Virus record (IMG/VR): IMGVR_UViG_3300009495_000011
Direction: 5' to 3' (one strand)
From: an uncultured virus (IMG/VR IMGVR_UViG_3300009495_000011)
Lineage: Duplodnaviria > Heunggongvirae > Uroviricota > Caudoviricetes
Length of the DNA stretch: 64,000 nucleotides
Part shown: in pieces, positions 56,815 through 64,000 of the stretch
Layout: the number at the start of each line of letters is the position of its first letter
Position numbering within the stretch: position 1 is the stretch's first letter
The notes under the pieces: generated by a model
What the model saw: only the letters and a program-made list of their open reading frames with translations
What the model was told of the DNA's origin: nothing
The model's database searches: none
Position numbers and translations under genes: made by a program

Positions 56815-58908
56815 ATGCCATATACTATTACATTTAGTGATACTACTAAAGAACCTATTGTTGTAGATGATCTTACTATTAATGAACAAACTGATTTAAA
56901 GTTTATTGGTAAAAATACTGCCGGTTATGCAGTTGCAACTGGCGAAAACTTTTTGCACTTATTAGAAAACTTTGCTAATATCGATGCTCCAAATAATCCT
57001 GTTGAAGGACAAATATGGTATAATACCACAACAAACGTTATGTACGTATTTGATAGTACACAGTGGGTTGAAATTGGCGGCCTTAAAAAATCAAATACGA
57101 AACCGACAGCGGCAGAAACACAAGAAGGCGATCTATGGGTTGACTCGCAAAATAAAACATTGTACTTGTTTGCTAATGGTGCTTGGATCTTAGTAGGACC
57201 AAACTATAGCGAAGGCAATAAAACAGGTATTATTGCAGAAGAAGTTGTTGATGTTAACAACAACACTTATTTTGTTATTAAAGTATTCATTGCAAACGAA
57301 TTAATTGCAGTTATTAACTCTGCTGAAGAATCAACAGGTATTCCTTACATTAGACCAAGAACTAAAATTCCAGGATTTGATTTATTGTACAAAGGAATTA
57401 CCCTTAAAAATGCAACATCTGGTTTAGCATTTAAATACTACGGAACAGCCGAACGTGCTGAAGCGTTAAGTATTGCTGGCAGTACTATTAGTGCTGATAA
57501 ATTTTTAAGAAATGATATTAGCGGAGCAATACAAGGCAATTTGCGTGTTAAAGCAGATGCGGGCGTATTCTTAGGCGAAGAAGGTACATTTAATGTTCGA
57601 GTTGCTGGCGGCGACGGAATTTTAACTAATAACGTTGACGGCGCCGACATCAAATTCCAAGTTAATAATGCTGGAATACAAACAACTCCGGTTACTATAT
57701 CCAACGCTGGAAACATAGTAGTAACTGGAAACAGTACTGTCATTAATAGCAATGCAACAGCAGTAGTTGTTACAGGAACAGAAGCAAGCACCAACAGTCA
57801 AACAGGTTCTATAAGAACAGCGGGTGGCATTGGTGTTGCTGGGCAGTCTTATTTTAACGACATTGTAAAAGTTAATGGAAACTTAACAACTACAAATCTT
57901 GTTACCGAAGGTCAAGGCATTCATGACATCGGTAGTGCATCTAATAAGTACAGAAATCTTTATACAAATACAGTTTATACTACAGTATTAAATGCAGAAA
58001 CCATTACTGGTAGTAACCTAACAATTGAAGGTAACGTTGAAAGTGCAACTTCGCTTGCTAACTCAACTACATTTAGATTAGTAGGAGATGTTACAAGCAC
58101 CGAAGTTGAATACGACGGTACTGCAAATGCTGGAACAGGCCAGTTTGTTCAAGAATTTGAAACTACACTTGGACCAGAACTTATTGGTAATAAAAGTTTA
58201 TTACCTAGAGCAGATATTAATAGAGAAGCAGACGAACTTTTAATCAATGACGTTGGCAACGCTTTAAGAAAAACCACAGTTAATGATTTATTAAGTTTAG
58301 TACCAACTTTGCCAGTGGGGAGTATTACGCCTTGGGCAGGTGATTGGAGTGTTGTAGCAACAAGACCTGCAGGATGGCTACTATGTGACGGAAGTCAGGT
58401 AAGTCAAACAAAATTTAATCAATTATATACTGTACTCGGCGGAGCAAGCAATTTATATCCACAGCTAGATGATCCACAGCCTGGTAATTTTTATCTACCA
58501 GACTTAAGAGGCCGTATGGTCCTTGGTGTAGATAGTATGAATAACTTAGAAGGCACTGGTGGCGGCGCAGCTAACCGCGTGTCAAATAATGCTGCTTCGG
58601 CAGTGGGTAGAACAGGCGGCGCAGAGTCAAGAACTTTAAGTGCTAGCAACCTACCAGAACACTCGCATAACATGGAAAGCACAACAGGTGATCCTTTCTA
58701 TGCTTACAGAGATTACAATGACGGGCAAACAGGAAACGGAATGTCAATTACTTCATCAGGAACAGTCACAGACGGTGGACAACTATCTTCAAATGCAGGT
58801 AGTGTAGTCGGTCCTGATGGCACTGAAGTACAAACAGGCACACCTTTAAATGTACTTAACCCTTACATGTCTCTCAACTTTATCATTTACGCTGGGGAAA
58901 TAACATAA
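56815..58908 (+). CDS. Short tail fibre / baseplate protein with tail-collar domain (697 aa)
   Basis: LPVGSITPWAG..PAGWLLCDGS..LYTVLG..FYLPDLRGRMVLG collar motif; C-terminal LNPYMSLNFII. Confidence 0.85.
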   Translation: MPYTITFSDTTKEPIVVDDLTINEQTDLKFIGKNTAGYAVATGENFLHLLENFANIDAPNNPVEGQIWYNTTTNVMYVFDSTQWVEIGGLKKSNTKPTAAETQEGDLWVDSQNKTLYLFANGAWILVGPNYSEGNKTGIIAEEVVDVNNNTYFVIKVFIANELIAVINSAEESTGIPYIRPRTKIPGFDLLYKGITLKNATSGLAFKYYGTAERAEALSIAGSTISADKFLRNDISGAIQGNLRVKADAGVFLGEEGTFNVRVAGGDGILTNNVDGADIKFQVNNAGIQTTPVTISNAGNIVVTGNSTVINSNATAVVVTGTEASTNSQTGSIRTAGGIGVAGQSYFNDIVKVNGNLTTTNLVTEGQGIHDIGSASNKYRNLYTNTVYTTVLNAETITGSNLTIEGNVESATSLANSTTFRLVGDVTSTEVEYDGTANAGTGQFVQEFETTLGPELIGNKSLLPRADINREADELLINDVGNALRKTTVNDLLSLVPTLPVGSITPWAGDWSVVATRPAGWLLCDGSQVSQTKFNQLYTVLGGASNLYPQLDDPQPGNFYLPDLRGRMVLGVDSMNNLEGTGGGAANRVSNNAASAVGRTGGAESRTLSASNLPEHSHNMESTTGDPFYAYRDYNDGQTGNGMSITSSGTVTDGGQLSSNAGSVVGPDGTEVQTGTPLNVLNPYMSLNFIIYAGEIT

Positions 58909-61900
58909 TGGCATATAGAATCAATAGAACAGATGGGACGCTGATTACAGAAGTAATTGACGGTACTATTGACAGTAATAGTATCGACATTACACTGATA
59001 GGTAGAAACTATGCAGGGTTTGGTGAGATACTAAACGAAAACTTTGTTAAGTTGCTTGAAAACTTTGCAAGTTCTACAAGTCCGCGCAATCCGTTGCAAG
59101 GTCAGTTGTGGTATGATAAAAACGAAAATAGACTTAAAATTTACGATGGTAGTACATTTAGAGCAGGCGCTGGCCCAATTGTTTCAGAAACACAGCCAAC
59201 TGCACTTGTTGCAGGCGACATTTGGATGGATTCGAAAGAAAACCAAATGTACTTTTATGATGGAACTGACCTTACATTAGCAGGACCTATTTACAGTAAG
59301 TCACAAAACACAAGCGGATTTGTTACTGAAACAATTAGAGATGATCAGCTACAGCCGGTAACTATTACTAAGATATTTACAGATGGTGTAATGCTAGGTG
59401 CGTACTCTCCAAAGAATTTTGTTCCATTAGCTGGCCAAATTCCAGAACTAGGTGACAACTTATATACCGGCTTTAATGCTAGTACTGCGCAGACATTTAC
59501 TAACAATAACGTAACAGTTGATACTGCAAAGTTCTTATTGGACGCTAGTGGTGTACGTAGAGATGCTTCGCAGTTTTTGTCAACTTATACTTCTGGAACA
59601 ATTAATGGTAGATTAACAGTTGCCTCAAATAACGGTGTTGTTCTAGGCGCACAAGGTCAGGTAACACATACTATGGAATCTGATCGCTACAACATTACTA
59701 ATACTAGAAGTAACCAAACAATGGCAATTAGTGTTAGTGTTGACGGCATTAGAGAAAACGCCATTACAATTAATACGCCTAACAGATCAGTTGGTATATT
59801 TTCTTCATCCCCAGAATATACACTTGATGTTGGCGGCGATGCCCGTATTACAGGTAATTTAAGAGTTGATGGAGAATTAACAACTATTTCAACTACGGAA
59901 GTTGTGGTTGAAGACAGTAATCTAACATTAGGCAGTGGCGCTATTAGTGCAGGTGACGTAAACGGTGGCGGCATTACACTTTCTGGTGCTAATGCTAGCT
60001 TAACTTACGATTCTTCTGATAGCGGATATTGGAGATCAAATCAAGACTTCGATCTACCTAGCGGCAAAAAATACTCAATTAACAAACAAATGATTTTGAG
60101 TGCAGACACTTTAGGTAATAGTGTTGTAAACTCTAACTTAACTAATGTAGGTATTTTAGAAGACTTACTTATTAGTTCAGTAAGTGGGTTATATTTACAA
60201 AATAGCACAATTGCTTCGTCTAGTCCAATAACTATCGATACAACTAGCGGAGTTCTTTTATTAGGACAAGCTGGAGTAAGAACAGTACAAATTAAAAACA
60301 TGTCTGAACCGACTTCTAGTACAGATGCTACAACTAAAAATTATGTTGATTTGCTTGTTGCAGCAAACGCCGGTGTTAACACAGTTCAAGGACTGGGCGG
60401 TACTGTTAGAGTTGACTCTAACAGATTGCCAGAAGGCACACAGGGCGATGCTGTATTTTGGAATGGTGCTGAATGGGCAGATGCAGTTTATACTAATGGG
60501 CTAGACGGCATAAGTGCTGATTTAAATAGAAAATACTATACTAACGAACGTGTTCAGTCGTACTTAACAGCCAACAACTACACAACTACTACCTATGTAA
60601 ACACAATTCGTGATAACATTCTTGGAACTCCGGCTCCTATTTCTAGTATGAATACGTTATCAGAAATTGCAGCAAGTATTGATAATAATCCAAACTTCAA
60701 AGCGTATGTTGATGCAGAAGTTGCAACTCGTATTAGCGCAGGCGTAAACGTATTTGCTGGTGCAGGATTAGTGGACGCAGGTAATACACAGCTAACAGGA
60801 GATGTTACTATTAACGTTGCTGCTGGTAATGGTATTATAGCAACAGCTAACGAAGTGCGTGTTGATATGACAGTATTTGATACTGATGATTTAACTGAAG
60901 GTACTGTTAATTTATACTTTACTGCTCTAAGATCTAGACAATCATTAACAGGTGCAAACGGTGTTACATACAACAATACTACAGGTACTATTGCAATTGG
61001 TCAAGATGTTGCTCCTACAGCAATTCCTACATTTGGTGGATTAATAACCACAGGTAACACAACATTAGGCGGCTCAACAACACAGATTAACTCAACAAAC
61101 TTGCGTTATGCAGGCCTTACATTGTTAATGAATTCTGATGAAACTGCTGCTCCAACGCAGGATATTAACTTTACAGTTGAACGTGGATCAGCAAACAACG
61201 TAGGTATACGTTGGAATGAAACTAATGATCAATGGGAATTTTCAAACAACGGTATAACATATACTCCGTTAGGTAGTGCTAGTGTGTTTACTGGAACAAC
61301 AGACGGTGTTCCGGAAGGCGTTGTTAATCTTTACTATACAGATGCGAGAGCAAGAGCTGCACTAAGTGGCAGCACAGGCGTAACATATAATAATACAACT
61401 GGTTCTATTGCAATTGGTCAAGATGTTGCACAATCAGCATCGCCTCAGTTTGTTGGTTTAACAACTACAGGACTTGCTTTATTAGAAAACTTAGATGTAA
61501 ACACGGCAGCTGACATTGGCGACATTAGTATCAGCGGAAACACAATTACACAAGTTAATACTCCTGGAAATATCCAAATTGGCGCAACTCCGGGTGGCTT
61601 TATTGACTTCTTTAGTCCTGTACAAGGTACTGACATTTATAGTGCAAGGTTTACTACTGATGCATTGTTTATAGAAGGAAACAAAATACGTACAGCAGTT
61701 TCTAGTTCAGATCTAGAACTTGATGCATTTGGTGGCGGCAGTGTTCGTGTACTAACTGGAATGATTGTCGAAGGCGACTTAACTATTACAGGCACAACTA
61801 CTACAGTTAATTCAACAACAGTTAATATTGCAGATAATATTATTACACTCAATTCAAACCAAACAACTCTTCCTACACTCAATGCAGGTATTGAAGTTGA

Positions 61901-64000
61901 ACGAGGTTCATTAACTAATGTATTAATACGCTGGAACGAATCGTCAGACAGATGGGAAGCAACAAATGATGGCGCTGGATATTTTCCAATAGCAGAATCT
62001 ACTGATGCGTTATCTGAAGGATCAACTAATGTATATTATACTCAAGGTAGATTTGATACGGCATTTGGTGCAAAAGATTCAGATGATCTAAGCGAAGGAA
62101 TAACTAACTTCTACTATACTAACTCTAGGTTTGCAGCATCACTATCGAGTACTACAACAAACGCTTTAGCAGAAGGCACGTCAAACTTATACTTTACAGA
62201 TGCTAGAGCAAGAGCAGCTATTAGTGTAACTGGCGACGGTACTTACAACAGCGGCACAGGTATTATCACAATTGATTCGCCTGTAGACAGTGTTAACGGT
62301 TTAACTGGAGTAGTTACACTAACTTCAAATGAAATATCTGAAGGAAATAATAATAGATATTTTACAGAAGCAAGAGCAAGACTAAGTTTAGCAGGCAGCA
62401 CAGGTGTTACATATGATAATGCTAGCGGACAAATCGCAATAGGTCAGCCAGTTGAAACAACTTCTAATGTACAGTTTAATAATCTAACACTTACTGGCAC
62501 ACTAGATACTGACGGCAATGCAACTGTTGCTAAGGATCTTAATACAGTTAACTATGCACAAGATGCACAACTAAAAGTTACAGGGGCAAATAATACTAAT
62601 TTTGTACTTGGTATGGGTTACGAAACAAACGCAGACTTTGCATTTATTGAAGCAAAGGAATTGAGTCAAGGCGGACGTAACTTAGCAATTCAACCATTAG
62701 GAACTGATACGCAAGGTCGTGTTGCAATTGGTAAAACAACTGCACAAGCATTGCTCGATGTTAACGGTACTGTTAAAGCACTAGCAGTTGATACAGCTTC
62801 GCTTAATGTTAACGAGTTAACAATTGGCGGAACTATTAACTTTAGAGATAACGTAATTAGTACAATAGATAGTAATGCAGATATTGAACTAAGGCCACAA
62901 GGCACAGGCGATATTTACATTCCAAATGGAAAACTAGGTATCGGGTACGATCCTGTAATTTACGGAGCAACTCCTAGACCTGCAACATATAAACTTGATG
63001 TTGATGGAGTTTCAGATCTTGTAGTTGCTAGAATTAAAAATACAGAATCAACAACTGACGCAGGTCCGTACTTTAATGTGTACAGAGATTCTGCAAACCC
63101 TGCAGATAGTGACTTTATTGGTGGTATACAGCTAACTGGCAATGATAACTTAGGCAGCGAAACTGCATTTAGTAGAATAAGATCACAGATTTTAGACTTT
63201 ACAGCATCAACCAAAGCGTCACGCACTATTTTTGAAAACTACAAAAACAACGTTTATGTAGAGCATTCGTTTGGTAACAATGAAGTTGTGTTCAACGAGA
63301 CGGGCGCAGATGTTAACTTCCGAATTGAAGGCAACGGCGCACCTGATGCACTGTTTGTTAACGGCGCAGACGGTAATGTTGGCTTTGGTACACAGAGTCC
63401 GGTGCAGCGTTTAGATATTAATGGCAACCTTGGTATCGGAAGTGTTGAAGTTATTACCGCAGCTAGAAGTTTAACAAACATTGTTGATTATGCTGCTACT
63501 GGACAACTACAGATCAACGGCTCGGCAACACTTGGCGACTTGACATATGCATCAAATCATGCTATGAACGGTAGTGTTACATTTAGTGATAATACAAGTT
63601 CTATGGTTATTGACGGTTCAGAGATGCGTTCACAAGGTGGCATTACAGTACGACTAGATACTGACGTTTCAAACGGTGCAAATGAATACTTTAAAGTTAT
63701 TAATAACTCCGGAACAGAACTATACAGTGTTAACTCAAGTACAGGCGTTTCTAAATTTGCAAATGCATTTACAATTCCAGCAACAGACGGATCAGCAAAC
63801 CAAGCTCTTATTACTAATGGACTAGGAGCAGCTACTTGGCAAACTATTAGCTCAACTGTTGTTGCAGAAGGAACTAACTTATACTATACACAATCACGTT
63901 TTGACACTGCTTTTGGAAATAAATCAACTACAAACTTAGGCGAAGGTCTAAACTTGTACTACACTGATGCAAGAGTACAGACAAAACTTGCAAATGTTAG
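58908..64000 (+). CDS. Long tail fibre protein (>1697 aa, 3' end outside window; not in ORF track)
   Basis: ATG overlaps the upstream stop (TAATG): MAYRINRTDGTLITEVIDGTIDSNSIDITLIGRNYAGFGEILNENFVKLLENFA. Same frame at the window end (YTDARVQTKLANV). Confidence 0.88.
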   Translation, partial: MAYRINRTDGTLITEVIDGTIDSNSIDITLIGRNYAGFGEILNENFVKLLENFASSTSPRNPLQGQLWYDKNENRLKIYDGSTFRAGAGPIVSETQPTALVAGDIWMDSKENQMYFYDGTDLTLAGPIYSKSQNTSGFVTETIRDDQLQPVTITKIFTDGVMLGAYSPKNFVPLAGQIPELGDNLYTGFNASTAQTFTNNNVTVDTAKFLLDASGVRRDASQFLSTYTSGTINGRLTVASNNGVVLGAQGQVTHTMESDRYNITNTRSNQTMAISVSVDGIRENAITINTPNRSVGIFSSSPEYTLDVGGDARITGNLRVDGELTTISTTEVVVEDSNLTLGSGAISAGDVNGGGITLSGANASLTYDSSDSGYWRSNQDFDLPSGKKYSINKQMILSADTLGNSVVNSNLTNVGILEDLLISSVSGLYLQNSTIASSSPITIDTTSGVLLLGQAGVRTVQIKNMSEPTSSTDATTKNYVDLLVAANAGVNTVQGLGGTVRVDSNRLPEGTQGDAVFWNGAEWADAVYTNGLDGISADLNRKYYTNERVQSYLTANNYTTTTYVNTIRDNILGTPAPISSMNTLSEIAASIDNNPNFKAYVDAEVATRISAGVNVFAGAGLVDAGNTQLTGDVTINVAAGNGIIATANEVRVDMTVFDTDDLTEGTVNLYFTALRSRQSLTGANGVTYNNTTGTIAIGQDVAPTAIPTFGGLITTGNTTLGGSTTQINSTNLRYAGLTLLMNSDETAAPTQDINFTVERGSANNVGIRWNETNDQWEFSNNGITYTPLGSASVFTGTTDGVPEGVVNLYYTDARARAALSGSTGVTYNNTTGSIAIGQDVAQSASPQFVGLTTTGLALLENLDVNTAADIGDISISGNTITQVNTPGNIQIGATPGGFIDFFSPVQGTDIYSARFTTDALFIEGNKIRTAVSSSDLELDAFGGGSVRVLTGMIVEGDLTITGTTTTVNSTTVNIADNIITLNSNQTTLPTLNAGIEVERGSLTNVLIRWNESSDRWEATNDGAGYFPIAESTDALSEGSTNVYYTQGRFDTAFGAKDSDDLSEGITNFYYTNSRFAASLSSTTTNALAEGTSNLYFTDARARAAISVTGDGTYNSGTGIITIDSPVDSVNGLTGVVTLTSNEISEGNNNRYFTEARARLSLAGSTGVTYDNASGQIAIGQPVETTSNVQFNNLTLTGTLDTDGNATVAKDLNTVNYAQDAQLKVTGANNTNFVLGMGYETNADFAFIEAKELSQGGRNLAIQPLGTDTQGRVAIGKTTAQALLDVNGTVKALAVDTASLNVNELTIGGTINFRDNVISTIDSNADIELRPQGTGDIYIPNGKLGIGYDPVIYGATPRPATYKLDVDGVSDLVVARIKNTESTTDAGPYFNVYRDSANPADSDFIGGIQLTGNDNLGSETAFSRIRSQILDFTASTKASRTIFENYKNNVYVEHSFGNNEVVFNETGADVNFRIEGNGAPDALFVNGADGNVGFGTQSPVQRLDINGNLGIGSVEVITAARSLTNIVDYAATGQLQINGSATLGDLTYASNHAMNGSVTFSDNTSSMVIDGSEMRSQGGITVRLDTDVSNGANEYFKVINNSGTELYSVNSSTGVSKFANAFTIPATDGSANQALITNGLGAATWQTISSTVVAEGTNLYYTQSRFDTAFGNKSTTNLGEGLNLYYTDARVQTKLANV
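60880..63975 (+). repeat. Dispersed protein repeats (T/S)-x-x-L-x-E-G-x-x-N-L-Y-(Y/F)-T-x-x-R in the long fibre
   Basis: About eight copies near 60880, 61300, 62000, 62080, 62155, 62330, 63860 and 63930. Confidence 0.8.

Noticed and set aside
59044..63481. Short minus-strand and off-frame ORFs at the right end
   Set aside because: Shadows of the long fibre gene starting at 58908.
1..64000. CRISPR array, tRNA genes, diversity-generating retroelement, transposase, alternative genetic code
   Set aside because: No spaced nucleotide repeats, cloverleafs, reverse transcriptase or transposase were seen. The repeats found are degenerate and protein-level, and genes up to 4637 aa read through under the standard code.

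Overview
This window is the virion-morphogenesis region of a large T4-like (myovirus) bacteriophage, probably aquatic, read with the standard genetic code. On the minus strand (1-25479) are a giant fibre gene running off the left edge (missed by the ORF track), further fibre/structural genes, a 23-aa pqqA minigene with its own terminator and a candidate promoter, the head module (gp23 capsid, gp22 scaffold, gp21 protease, acidic core protein, gp20 portal) and a tape-measure-like gene. The centre (25564-32545) holds a gp26/gp51-like pair joined by a probable -1 frameshift, a hydrophobic late protein, a ~410-nt highly structured non-coding element directly downstream of a GIY-YIG nuclease gene, and gp46/gp47/gp55 behind sigma70-type promoters. 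On the plus strand (32625-64000) are baseplate genes (tube initiator, gp53, hub, gp5, PAAR, gp25, gp6, a 4637-aa wedge protein) and tail fibres, the last running off the right edge. TAAATA late-promoter boxes precede most structural units. The highlights are the phage-encoded PqqA, the GIY-YIG plus large ncRNA unit, seven phycobiliprotein-like CxRD repeats inserted in a fibre protein, and the gp26/gp51 frameshift. All homology calls come from motif recognition by eye; no database searches were run.
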